A stretch of DNA of 64,000 nucleotides from Cenococcum geophilum. Its lineage: Eukaryota. Positions within the stretch are counted from its first letter, which is position 1. Each line of letters starts with the position of its first letter. Where the stretch lies: contig CP158635.1 of assembly GCA_050273025.1 (NCBI GenBank), positions 3,410,001-3,474,000 of the forward strand, written 5' to 3'. The notes under the pieces were generated by a model that saw only the letters and a program-made list of their open reading frames with translations, was not told where the DNA came from and did no database searches. A program made the translations under genes and the position numbers. This document shows, piece by piece, positions 51,201 through 64,000 of the stretch.

Positions 51201-54200
51201 CTAGATGCTTTTATATAAAGTATACTCCTAGTATATAGTTTAATATATCTATCTCTATAACCGTCTCTAGTCCTAGTTAATAGATCTTAAGAACTGGCTC
51301 CTAGGTAAATAACTCTTTAACTTTCTTAAAGAGTTCCCTTTATTCCTCTCCCTATACCTATAGTTCTTCTTTATTTATTAATTGCGTAAATAGTTTAATA
51401 TCCTTTAACCACTGCGCTATAAACCTTCTATAGTAATTGCAAAACCCTAGAAACGATCTTAACTATATAATATTTTCTAGTTCCTGCTAATTTACTATAG
51501 CCTCAATCTTCTTTAGATCTATGTTAAGTTGGCCTAGTTTAATAATAAATTTAATAAAATCGGTCTTCCTAGTAAAGAACTCGTATTTTTTAATTGCTAC
51601 TAGCATCTGTTCTTCCTATAGTCTCTTTAAAACCTATTTAATATATTCTCCGTGTTCCTCTTTACTTATTAAGTAGATAATAATATCGTTAAGGTATACT
51701 ATAATAAATTTATCTAAGTATTCTTCTAATATATTGTTAATACGCTTCTAGAATATTACTAGTGTGTTTATAAGCCTAAATTGTATAACTAATAGTTTAT
51801 ATAGTCCTTCCTTTAACCTAAAGGCTGCCTTCTATTCGTTGCCTTCCTTAATTCTAATCTAATAGTACGCCCATCTTAAATCCATCCTTGTAAAGATTTA
51901 TACGTTGCCTATCCTATCTTAGATTTCGCTAATTAAGGGTAAAGGATACCTATCCTTCCTAGTAATGCTGTTTAACTATCTATAGTTGATATATAGCCTT
52001 AATTTGCCGTTCTTCTTTAGTATAAATAGTACTAGATAACCCGCTAATAACTACGATGGTCTAATATATCCCTTTTATAGGTTTTCCTAGACAAACTCTT
52101 TTAATACTCTACCTTCTTCTTCGGTAAGCTTATAGATTAAAAAGAACTTTAGACTTATTCCTAGTTCCAATTCTATCTTATAATCCTATACTATATACTC
52201 CGACAGCTTTTCACTTTCTAGTAACTATAGTTTTTTACCATACTTATAGTATCTCTTTAGTATATGACTTAAGCCTTACTTAGTCTCCTTATATATCGCT
52301 CCGACTTAGTACCATACTAACTTAGTTTATTATTGTATCTTACGGCGTTAAGTATTCCTAATATTAACCTAACCTATAACCTAATTAATCTTTAGATTAT
52401 ATTCCTATAACTAAGGTATTCCTAGTACTACCTTATTATTTCCTAATAGTAATATGTCGAAAGACATCTCAATTTATCTCCCTTTAATAGTTAACTAAAT
52501 AGGTCCTATTTTAAGATTAATAATACCTCCTCTATAGGCTATTAGATCTCCTAAAATCGTTACTAATAGGTAAAGTTCCTCCTTTTGTCTGTAAGGTAAT
52601 CCTATCCTTTTAACTGCTACTAGCGAGATATAGTTCCTTATTACTCCACTATCTATTAATGCCTTAAACTGTTAATCTTGCCACTTAACTCGTAAATTTA
52701 GGTGTTATTTTTAAATTCCTTTAAGGGTCTAAGGCTCTACTACTAGTTCCCTCTAGTCCCGTAGGCCTCTACTTTTCCTAACTATTAGCTGCTTAATCCT
52801 GCCTATACTTAGTCCAACTTAGGCCAATACTTAGTTCGCTTTTTATTTTTAATATACTATAGATATATATTCTCTGGGCATTCCCACTACTATTATCTAT
52901 TTAGGCATTCTTCCGTAAGAAATCTTCCTAGTTAAAGTATTAAGTCTCCTAACTCCTAAACTTCTACTAGATACCAGCTATATATATATTTAGCGTTTTA
53001 ATACCTCTATTCTTCTGCTAACTAATATATTCTTATAGGGTATTTCCAATGCTTATCCTTTAGTGCTCTGTATATGTTATATATATCGTCTACGCATGCA
53101 ATCCACGTCAATATATAATATGCTAGGTGCTTTAGGTTAACTCTTAGCTCATCTTCGTCCTTAAGTTTAAACCTTTCTCTTATTAATCTAAACGTTACGA
53201 CTTTATTCGCAGGTACTAAGATATATTACTTACTTCTTTAGTCCTCTAAACGTTCCTCTAAATCCTTTAATATTATAATTAAGGCTCCCTTAATATAACT
53301 TATTGCTTTTTCCGTAATTAGGTGGTCCTAAATAACTTTCTCGTCTAACTATATATAGAAATCTTCCCACTCATCATTGTGCCTTTGCCTATATTACTTT
53401 TAGTATAGCTGCTGGAGTATATACAGCTTGTCTATAAGGAAGTATCTTCTTATTACTGCGTTATAACAGCCCTTTATATATCGTTCCTTGAACCTAGTTA
53501 GAATCCCTAAATCCTCTTTATTTTCTAGTTTAGTAAGCCACTTAGCTCTTAATATGCCTACCCTAGGCCTATTAGTAATTCTTTATACTAGCGCTCTATC
53601 CCTTATACGTCCCAATGTGCTAGATCTCTTATCTAGTTTCTATTCTTACTATACAATAATTCTTCATCTAAATTCTTCTATGGTTTCTTTTAGTTTGCGT
53701 CTTACGCTTAGATCTTTAAAGTTATCTTACTTCTTAATCTTAGTATCGGTCTTCCGATCTTTAGGCTGAATACTATATTCCCCTAGTAAGTCCTTTAGGT
53801 CTATATACCTATCTCCTAGTCTAGTTGCTATTTATGCCGTAGATTCTCTAATCTATTTAAGGGTCCTTATTTATATCTCAAAGTCTTAGTTCCATAGGAT
53901 TCTTAATCCTAAGCTTGCTTCTAACTTAAGCTTTACTCCTACCTTAGTCTAACTAGGCTTACTTAGTGTTCTTATCTTATCTTAAGAGTCTTATGCCTAT
54001 AGAAAACTCTATCCCAAGCTTATTCGTATATCTTTAAACTAAGCTACTGCTCTACTCTATCGGTTTTTGTCTATTATAGGTCCTTAAGCTTACCTCATCT
54101 TATCTTAAGAATCTTGGTCGTCTCTTATCTCACTATAAGAATCTTAAGCCTTTAGCTTCTTGCCTTTATTAAATGCCGAAGTAGTTCGCTATCCTACTTC

Positions 54201-56146
54201 TCTTACATCTCGCAAAGCGATAAATATCGTGTCTAGTGGGGTCTTAATCCCTACTAATGTTCCTTATTCTATAGTAGAATCATCCTCTGCCTCTATTATA
54301 ACATCTTAGAGGTCCGTATACTCCTAATAAGCTGCTCTTATTACCTTATTATTATAAAATGTTTCGCCTACATTAAAATTATTATCCTTAATATCCGATC
54401 TGCGAACTAGTTTATTAGTTCCTCTACACTCTATAGATTTTAGCTCCTATAGCCAATAGCTTACGCCATACTTAGCGTCCTTATAAATTCGGCATACATT
54501 ATTATAACAAAATGCAAAACTTCTAATTAAATATTCCTTTGTTCCTCGCAGTATACTATTATCCCTCTATACGTATATATCTTCTACTATTAGTCTAGTT
54601 CCCTTTATTACATAGTAACTCTAACTATCTTTATAATCCCTTACGAAGTGACTTTGTTTTCCATAATTTATATAAGCTCTATCTCTAAACTATTAACTTT
54701 ACTATAGAGTCCGCCTAAACATCTTCTACTGCTAAGATCCCTAGTTTAGCCTCTACTCCTTAGTCCTATAATTACTAGATCCTTAACCTCTAGGTTTTTA
54801 CGGTTTTTTGCTCTATCTCTTATAGGCTTCTTTAGTACTACTTAGGTCTATTAGCTCTATGCTATACCATAGTTTCTAACTTAGCTTTAGTTATTACGTA
54901 CTCTACGCCTTATATAACTATAGAACTCTATCCTAACCTCTTTTAGTCTATTCCCTTTAGTAGATCTAATTATTGATCTTAATTACTTAATCTATTAGTT
55001 CCCTTAGGGTATCCGCATCTTCCATTAGGATAATCACGTCCTAGACTTTAGCCTTAAGTCCTTACTTATACTATACTATAAGCGCCCTATTGTTCTACTC
55101 TACTTATATTGCTAATATTTAAAATTATATTATATACTTAATTGCTAAAGTTTATTACGTAATATCTTAGAGTTTTCTTTCCGCTATAGTTATTAATTCT
55201 AAGTCTCCAAATATCTATATAAGTCGCTCTGCAAATCCTTCCTAGCTTAAGAACATAAGTTACACGTCCTAATTAGTGGTTATTATTCCGTTTAACTATA
55301 TCTCCGTAAAATAAGGTTTAAACCACTCTAGTACTCTTCCTAATAAGAATAGTCCTACATAGGCTATTCGATCCATAGGTGTTAGTAGCTTTGCCCCTTT
55401 TTATAAAACCTTAAAGTGCATTTACGTAAGAAATCCCTTAAGCTTTAATCTTTCTCCTGAGAATCTCTTAATAGATAGTAACTTAACCTTTACTGCTTTA
55501 ATCCCGTTAACCCTTTCTTCTAACGCTATATTATTAGCTATTAACTAGTTAATTACCTCTTATAATTGTCTGACCGTTATAGGTTACTATAAGTTAGTAT
55601 CTGCCATACTAGTGTCACCTAACCTTGAAGTAGTTGCCGCCGTTAATGGCGTTATAGTGGCTGCTTTTGGTGGCATATTGTCTGACTTTCTATATTTAAT
55701 ACCGTAACTAAGTAGTAATTATATAACGGAACCTTATAGCAAGAACTACAATAGGCTCGTTATTAGGCTAGGTGTGTAGGAAATGCAAGTATAAAAGTCA
55801 ACAATGAATAATAACTGGTGGAGTGGTTGCCTAATAGATTAACTCTAATTATATTCTAAGAATCACTATAAGGAAGGAACTATCTAGGTAGGGACTAAGG
55901 GTCCTTAAATATATAACCGTACTCCTAAGAAATCCTTCTTATACGTAATATACTTGCGCTCTATCTGCTCTGTCGCGGATTATATAGATCCTACAGATTA
56001 TACAGATTACCTTACGTAACCTCGGTTACTATTCCTCGTCACATAGTTTTATTGGCTCTATCCTAGACCGTGCTTAAATTAACTAACTAGCTTCTTCCGA
56101 CTCCTCTCCTAGTAGTCGTAACATCGTACTTAAAGCGTCCATAATA
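48231..56146 (-). mobile_element. Ty3/Gypsy chromovirus, family A copy 2 (full-length, RIP-inactivated)
   Basis: 425-bp LTRs 48231-48655 and 55722-56146; TSD AGAAA (48226-48230 / 56147-56151); colinear with the reverse complement of 5913-13863. Confidence 0.96.
48764..49400 (+). pseudogene. Antisense accessory ORF of Gypsy family A (second copy)
   Basis: Homologous to 12690-13330(-); retains Cys5 and Cys6 as TGC; start ATG appears as ATA; end approximate. Confidence 0.55.
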
Positions 56147-57617
56147 AGAAACCGGTAGAAAACGGCAGACAGCTATATTAGGGCTTTGGGGCGTTTTTGT
56201 CCCTATATTCTTCCGGTAACTTATTATCTTTATTTTACTAGTATTTTATTTATTTATCTAGGTATTCTAGGGGTTTAGGTATATTAGGGTATTAGTTATA
56301 AAACTCTTTAAGCTTCTAGAGGTAGCCTATAAAGTTCTATATAGGGTACTAGATTAGGTTAAAATTATAGCCCTTTTATTAGATACGGTATTTTAGCGTT
56401 CCCCATACTATTTTATAGGCTAGTATTTTATTAACCTCCTATTTATCGTCACCGTTTACTTAAACTAGTAGGAAAGGCTTATTCTTTTATCTAGGCAATA
56501 GGTTATTTATAGCTTTCTGTAACTTATCTAGTAAAAAAATAAGGTAAATCCTAATTAAATCTAGGAGCTTTATCTTATATAAGTTGCCTACCTTCTTAAG
56601 AACCTTATACGGTCCTACTATCTAGTAGTTTAGCTTATAGCTAGGTTATTTAGTCTTTTAATTTTTTATTATAACCTAGACTATATTACCAGGGGCAAAG
56701 TTAAGCTCTTAACGGTGTTTATTTGCCTACTATTTTATTAACCTTTAAGCTTTTTCTAGGTTCTCGCGGGCTACCATCTAAGCTTCCTTTAATCATTTAG
56801 CGTACTATTAGGCCTTAGTATAAAATAGCTTCTCTTATATAGTCTAGGGTTCTTTTAGCCTCTTTTAGTTAAAGCTTATATAGGGTAAGTATCCTATTTC
56901 TAGCTAAATTAGGGTAAACCCTATAGAGTTATAGGGTAGGGTTGCTTGCGCGTAGTTTATTAAGGGTAATAGTTCTAACCAGTTGTTCTAGAAATAGTTA
57001 ATAAAAGGCCTAAGCCTTTAGTCTAGGTACTAATTTATAATCTCCGTCTAACTGTCTATCTAGGGGTAATAAGCCGTAAAAAGCTTTAGCTTAATACCTA
57101 GGATCCGGGTAAACTTATTCTAAAAGGCTAATATAAACTATAGCCTATAATTAGATATAATAGTATCTAGTAATCTATAGATTTAGTAGACGTAATAGAT
57201 ATATAGCTAGGCTACCTCTTTAGCATTAATATTCTTATAATAGGGAATTAAGAACGGGCGTTTACTAAAGCGGTTAACTATAACTATAACTATATTATAT
57301 CCGTTATAGTCCCTAAGTAGTTTATAAAAGTCTATAGAGATATACTACTAAGGGCGCTCTAGTATTAAGAGTGGCTTAAGTAGTCCTAGGGTCTTATCCC
57401 GTAGGATTATAGCTCTCTAGCAATCTTTACAGTTCTATATATATTAATTAATATCTATAACCATTCTTAGCTAATAGTAGTAGTTAATAATTTTATAGGT
57501 TTTATTCTTATTAGGGTAGACTATAGAGACTTAGTAATAAGCTTCGCAGATTAATTTAGTCTATAGATTATTAACGTTAGGGACTATAAGCCGCTCTTAG
57601 TATAGGAGCAATCCTTC

Positions 57618-57745
57618 TGTAAGAGTATATATATTAGGTCCCGCCGCGCTTGCGACAAGTTCGCAAGCGCTGCGGGACCTAATATATATACTCTTACAAT
57701 TTGCTTGTCGCAAGCGCGGCGGGACCTAATATATATACTCTTACA
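57618..57745. mobile_element. Fold-back miniature element made of three TRIM-LTR half copies (128 bp)
   Basis: Both ends are the same LTR terminus (TGTAAGAGTATATATATTAGGTCCCGC...) in inverted orientation; perfect TSD CCTTC (57613-57617 / 57746-57750). Confidence 0.9.
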
Positions 57746-58719
57746 CCTTCCTCTATCTTAAAATTAGGGTTTTCTTTTATAGCTTATTTACGGAGGGCCC
57801 TTAGGGTATTAGCCGTGCGGTTTATAGTTAGGAGGCGGTTAATTAGCCCTATTAGCTTATCTAAGGACTCCTCTATTAGTACTAGCTTATTTTACTAAGA
57901 GTTTAGCTCTTTAAGAATTTGTAGGTTAAGCTATTCTAGATAGAGGAGGGCGCGTATCCAATATTAGGTCTTTAGCTTATCTTAGGGTCCTATATCTTAT
58001 TCTCTTTAGGTTAGGGTATTAGCCTTAAAGTTTTACTTACTAAAACGATATATAATTATAAAGAAGAATTAGGAGAGTATTTTAGCCTACTAGGCTTATT
58101 ATTTAGTAAGCTGCTTTATAGTTATAAAGTACTTTAGGGCTTTATAATCTATATATATCTTAATCTAGAAGTTTATACCTTTAAGCTCTACGCGCTATTA
58201 AGAGAGTAATTAAATAATAGCTAGTATTTCTTTATTGTGTACTTTATAGTTATACTTAGCCGGGTTTATTATCTTTAAGAAGAAAGCTATAAGGTACTAT
58301 TCGCCGTTTAAATATAACTGTAATAGGATTCCCGCTATAACCCTATTAGAGGCATCTATTTTTAGCATTAATTTAAGGTCTAGGTTATAGTAATAATAAA
58401 TTAGAAAAGAGATAATCTAATCCTTTATCTCTTTAAAGGCTTTTATATAGCTATTATTAAAAATAAAAGGCGTGTTCTTCCTAGTTAGTTATATAAGAGG
58501 TTTTACTATAATTCCGTAGTTACGGATAAACTAATAATAGAAGTTATAAAAGCTAAGGAAGGATTAGATTTCTTTTACTATATAAGGGGGCTTCCAGTTA
58601 CAGATTACCTTTACCTTCTTAAGGTTAACTTTAATTCCTTCCGTAGTTATAATAAACCTAAGGTATTTTATACGTTTTACCCTAAAATACTATTATATAT
58701 ATCTAATACTTATTTAAGG

Positions 58720-61700
58720 AGGAGCTCTTGCTGCACCTAGCCTAAAAAGACTAAAACCAACTAAAAGAACCCTATAAAACACCTAGAGAATCCCCCTAAG
58801 ATGCATACATCGCAGGGGAGGCATACGTCAAACGACGGTGGTTCGTACTCGCGCGCGACCGCCAGAACCACGCCTAGCAATAGCCCTCCACAATAAAGAC
58901 GGGCAAATGCCATACTATAAAGCGGAAATACCTTTATTAAGAAGGCATCTAATAAAATATAAAGCCTATTAGACGTGTTTAGTACCTAGAATTATAGGGG
59001 AGTAACCGTTAGCTATAACAATCTAACGTAGCTAGTAGAATAGCTTCGCTAGTTTAGTAAACCTTAAGCGCCCCTCTAGTAAACCCTTAATTAAATCCTC
59101 TAATAGCTAAGCAAAATTAAAAATAAATAAAATCCCCCCTTACTAGTAAACCGCACCTAGGCCGCCGTAGCTGCGCTTCTATAGTATAGGGAACTTACCC
59201 CCGTTAAGACAATAACTAGGTATATAATTATAATATAACTAAATATAGAAAAAGCAAAGGGGCTTAGGGGATAATTAGAAATAGAAGTCCTTATAAAAAT
59301 CTATAAAGAGGTTTATAACGCTATTATGGTCTAATACCTTAGGAGTAGAGATATTAGAGTCACCCTAAAGGACTAATAGGTAAAGGAACGAGCTGTAAGG
59401 GTAGGGGATAGGCTAGGAGAACGTATTAATATAAAAGTACTCTATAAGGATTACCTAGTTAAAGTCCTAGCGGTCCCTATAAGCCTTAGGGTAAAAAAGG
59501 GACGCTAGGCGGACAATATAGTAATTATATAGAAAATAGTAAGATAAACGGAACGCCTTATACTAGGACTTAAGATCACCCAAATTTAATGGCTTTAATA
59601 GGAAAATGTAAACTAAGTAAATAATAAAAATAATAAGAGGATATAAGGGTTGCTAGAGACTCGCTAGGGAGACGCCGGACGAACGTATAGTTTCCTTATT
59701 GTTAGCATATATATACTAAAAATGCAAAACTCCTTATCTAAAAAGGAATAATTATAAACGGCCTTATATATAATATGAGGCTCTATAACTACAGACTACG
59801 CCTAGAATAATACTATTACTATATATAATAGGGACACACCTAATCCACATGCGCAGTATAGGTGTGCTGCGGCCACTATATAGGCCCCTATAATATAAGA
59901 TACTGCTTAAATTAAGACTAAATAAAATGCGTAAACTGCTACTAAAGCATATATAAGGCGTGGGAGAGAGAAGACTGTATTAAATATAGGAGACGGAAGG
60001 TAAGGGCTTAATAGCTGCGGGAATAACTACACGCGAGGTTATATAAATGGAAACAATAGGTAATAAGCTAGGGGGGCGTAGGTGCCTTTCTAGCGTTTCC
60101 TACCTTTAATATTGGGGGGCTAGGCTAGCCATCCCAAGCCTTAACGGGCTAAAAGCGACGCCGCGTAATATTACTAGACTATATAGGGATATAAGGGTTA
60201 TAGGGGATATAAGGGAGAGGACGCCCTATAGGAAGACCCTTATAGACAGCTATAGTAAGCTTAAAATTAGGACAATTAAGAATTAGACTTAACGCGGTAA
60301 ATATAATATTTATAGCCATCTTTTAAAGGGTGTATAGCTAACTAGTAAGAGTAGGGGAAGAACTAGAGATAATAATAAACTTAGATATAAAAGCGCTAGT
60401 AGAAATATAAGATATAGAAATAGAAAGCTCTATATAAAATAAGTAGTAACTAGGGTATAGATATAAGAGATAGAAGTTCTAAATATTCTAGAGAAAGTAA
60501 AAACAGAAGAAGTAAGGAATAATAGAAAGGTAAAGGACCCTTACTAGGGGTCTGCTACCTATCTATTATATAGTATAACTATAGTAATATAAACCACTAT
60601 CTTATAAGGCCCTTACTAGACAGTCTAGACTTAGAGAAATACTATATCCTTACTATATAAGAGCCGTACTATAATACCTATATATAATTAATATACTGCC
60701 CCTAAGGATTTCAGCTCCTATATAAACTAAAAGCAGCTATATACGTGTGCTTTATAATTAGCAAGACTATTAGCCTATTCTTATAGTTATAGTAGGCAGT
60801 TAATCTAGATATTACAGTTATAATAATCTAGATATATAGAGGACCGGTATAAATTATTAATATATATAACCCTAGGGTTAAAGGGGTCCTATAAATAGAG
60901 AATATTATATTAGTAATAAGCTTACTTAAAACTAAAGGTATAGAGTTTATTCTATTAGGAGACATAAACCTCTACCACCCGCGGTAGGGGAGTATCTATA
61001 TTGCTGCTAAATAATAGGCAGAGTGCCTACTAAAAGCTATAGATACTTAGGGCCTTAAGCTGGCTACCCCCTCTAGAGCAATTATATAGTAATAAGGATC
61101 CGCTAAAAGTATAATTAACCTTATATTTATAGACGAAGGCCTATACTAGAGACTTAAAAGGTATAACCCTAAAGAAGAATAGGTACTTACTTTAGACTAT
61201 ATCCCTATCTAGATATAGCTAGATTTGGATATTAAGGCGTAACTAAATAGCAATAATATGTAATAAGGATACTTAAGGCAGACAGCTTCCTTAATATAGT
61301 TAAATAACAACTCTAAGACCTAGAAGAAATCCACCTAATACTAAATAAGCGAGGCTTATTAGCCACCCCTAAGGAAATTAACTAAAGACTAAAAAGGATT
61401 TAGGCAGCAATTAAAAACGGGTTAAAAGAGTACTACCCGGTCTTAAGACCGGGCCCCTATACGCGATACGTATAGTCCGTATAATGCGCGGTTCTTATAG
61501 CTAGCTAACAATAAGTAAGAAGGAAATACTTAAGTAGCTATAACCCTAAAGATAAGAGACAATATAAAGACATAAGAAACCAGTTAAAGAATACCCTAAA
61601 AAAAGAAGTAAGGAATAATTGGAGATAATTTATAAATAAGTATACTTTTAACCTAAGCCTCCCCTATAATAAGGGCCTGTAGGCTATAGTAAAATAGGTA

Positions 61701-64000
61701 AAGAAAAAGGTAGGGTAACTAGCAAAAGACTTATATTTACTACCCCTATAAAGAGCAGGGGAATTATAGGCCGCTAACAATAATAATAAGAAGGTAAAGA
61801 TCCTTATAAAAAGGTTCTTCCCCTAACCGGCTCTAGTAGACCTTAGTAATATCATAGGTAAAACACCAGCGACTTGCCTATGGGTTAACAGCGATATAAT
61901 AACAGAGGAAATAGCCAGAACTATTAGCCGCCTTTTAAATAATATAATATTAGGACTAGATAGGATTCTAAATAAGGCCCTAAAGACTTATGGACTACTT
62001 ATAGCACCTTAGCTTATAGATATAGCTAGAGCATACTTTACTATAGGCTACTACCTACGATTTAGAAGATCTATAACGACGGTTATCTTATAAAAAGAAG
62101 GTAAAGCAGATTACTTAATCCTAGGAAGCTACCGCCCTATTGCCTTAGAAAACACCCTTAGTAAGATCTTAGAAAAGGTAATAGCGGACCATATAGTAGA
62201 TATGGCTAAGGAACACGCCTTACTACTATAGAGCTAAATAGGGGCAAGAAAGAACCGCTTAATACTATCAGCACTTACGCTGCTTGCTGCCACTATTAAA
62301 TCCGCATAGGTGATATAAAGGGACTTTATAGTATTAATGCTCAGTCTAAATATTAGTAGCGCCTACAATAATGTACCCCATAAGCGTCTCCTATATATTT
62401 TTAGGGCAAAAGGCTTCCCAGAATGAATTATATAATTTATTTAAGGGTTTATAGGTTAGAAAGAAATATTACTAGTCTTTAGCGGATACTAGAGCCCCCT
62501 TATTATAGTTACAACAGGAATACTATAAGGATTACCCCTCTTACCTATACTCTTTCTTTTCTTTATAAGCAACCTGTTTAACTCCTTTAAGGAAGGGGCG
62601 ACCTAGGGGATAGGCTTTATTAACGATATAAACCTAATTATATATAGGCCAACAGCCGCAGAGAATTGTAGAATACTAGAGAAAGCTTATAATACCTATA
62701 TAGAATGGGCAAGACGATATAGAGTCCAATTTTTACCAGAGAAATACTAGCTAATTTACTTTATAAGAAAACGCAACTAATCTATAGATCTCTAGTATAT
62801 AATTTACATTTAAGGCTTTAGGGGTTAACTAGTTTAGGGCCTAAGGGTATTAGGAGTATAGGTAGATAGTAAGCTTTGGTAGAGCGTATATACGGCGTAA
62901 GCGGCCTATAAGGGCTAAGTATAGTATATCGCATTATTTAGGATCGTTAATTCTATATAGGGTCCATACTTCTAGAGGTTACGCCTACTATATATAGTAG
63001 TTGTCCGGCCAACTATAATATATAGGTCCAGTATTTGGGCCATTAGAGAATCTAAGAAAGGCCCCCCTAAGTTACTCCTTAAACCACTCTAAAAGGTCTA
63101 AATAGCCTGCCTCTAGAGTATAATAGGCGTATATAAGCGAACGGCTATAGTACTACTTAAGAAGGAAGCCCCCCCTATAACTATATATTAAAGCCACTAT
63201 AATATAAAGGGCGTAAAATAAACGTAACTTTAATGTTATAAAGTATATTAAGATACGCCTAAATAAACTATAGAGAGACCTTAGGGCGCCCTATAGGAGA
63301 ATAAACTAATAACCCTAAAGTAGGGAAGATATATTAGAGAAATAAGTAAAGAAAGTAGAAGAAGAATGGTGCTGCTTTAGGGCCTAAGCCTATATAGAGG
63401 AGGAAGGGAGACGTATAAGAGGCCAGTAAAGATAATAGTAAGAGAGAAAAAGGAGCTAAAGTAGAGTATAAAAGAACGCTAGGAAACTATTTACCATAAT
63501 ATAATACTGGTTAGACCAACGCTAGAGAGGTATATAGGAGTTAAAGGTATAGAGGCTAACTAAGGTAAGAGGAACCTAAGCCGTAGCATAGTTAACGCTA
63601 TAGGGAGTAAACACTTTAGGTCTCTAAGAAGGCCTAATAAAGGCAGAAAATATAATAGTAATACTCTTAAGAATAGGAATAATAGGACTAAAAGACTGGC
63701 TCTACTGGGTGGGTATTCTAGTAGGTAGCCTAAGATATAAATATAGCTGGCTAAGACAGACACCAAAACACGTAATACTGTTATGCCCCTTACGCACTAA
63801 CTAAGAAGTAATGCTCTTAGTAGCTAGCATAGAGAACTATAATACACTACTCTTAATATAAAAAGGCCTTAAGGCGGTTACCTAGTGGCTTATTAGCTAA
63901 AATATACTAAACTAGTTCTAAGTTATAAGGGAAATAGTAATAGAGGGCGGGGGGGCGAATAACGGGCGCCCCCTAATAACTCTATAGTAGTAGAGTAAAA
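58720..64000 (+). mobile_element. Tad1-like LINE, family 1 copy b (runs off the window end)
   Basis: Colinear with 39338-45075, differing mainly by C>T/G>A; lacks the TRIM; ~22 bp shorter at the 5' end. Confidence 0.95.

Larger units (their letters stand above)
46737..58719 (-). mobile_element. Gypsy chromovirus family D, 3' part (5' part presumably beyond the LINE/window end)
   Basis: 3' LTR 46737-46946 with PPT; chromodomain ..WEV..IL..K.VWGTLKYRI.WKGY (~56320-56450); IN ~56700-57600; RNase H/RT ~58000-58715; inserted 40 bp into the family C LTR. Confidence 0.85.

Noticed and set aside
1..64000. Starship/giant cargo element, Helitron or telomeric array
   Set aside because: No tyrosine-recombinase captain, Rep/helicase motifs or (TTAGGG)n run seen

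Overview
Fungal (Pezizomycotina-type) genomic DNA with a strong repeat-induced point mutation (RIP) signature. Most of the window is AT-rich, TpA-enriched, nested transposon wreckage. A GC-balanced island (~17.7-26.9 kb) holds one apparently intact gene (RBR/IBR E3 ubiquitin ligase, 24626-26100, 3 exons) and a carbonyl-reductase-type SDR pseudogene split by a hAT element. Most insertions can be delimited exactly by target-site duplications (TSDs). They comprise a Tc1/mariner element carrying a Copia (itself carrying a Gypsy) and a Fot1/pogo element; two hATs; four chromovirus-type Gypsy lineages (one in two full-length copies); Tad1-like LINEs; two solo LTRs; two MITEs; and a TRIM. The most notable observations are: (1) a 988-bp non-autonomous retroposon whose 5' end coincides exactly with an HDV-like ribozyme fold and whose 3' end resembles a LINE tail; (2) a TRIM with a self-priming-type PBS, plus a 128-bp fold-back derivative with two U3 ends and its own TSD; (3) an antisense Zn2Cys6-like ORF carried by both copies of one Gypsy family; (4) cis-motifs shared between unrelated Copia and Gypsy elements. 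Protein motifs inside TEs were read by eye with RIP reversion (TA to CA/TG) and are inferences. No database searches were run.
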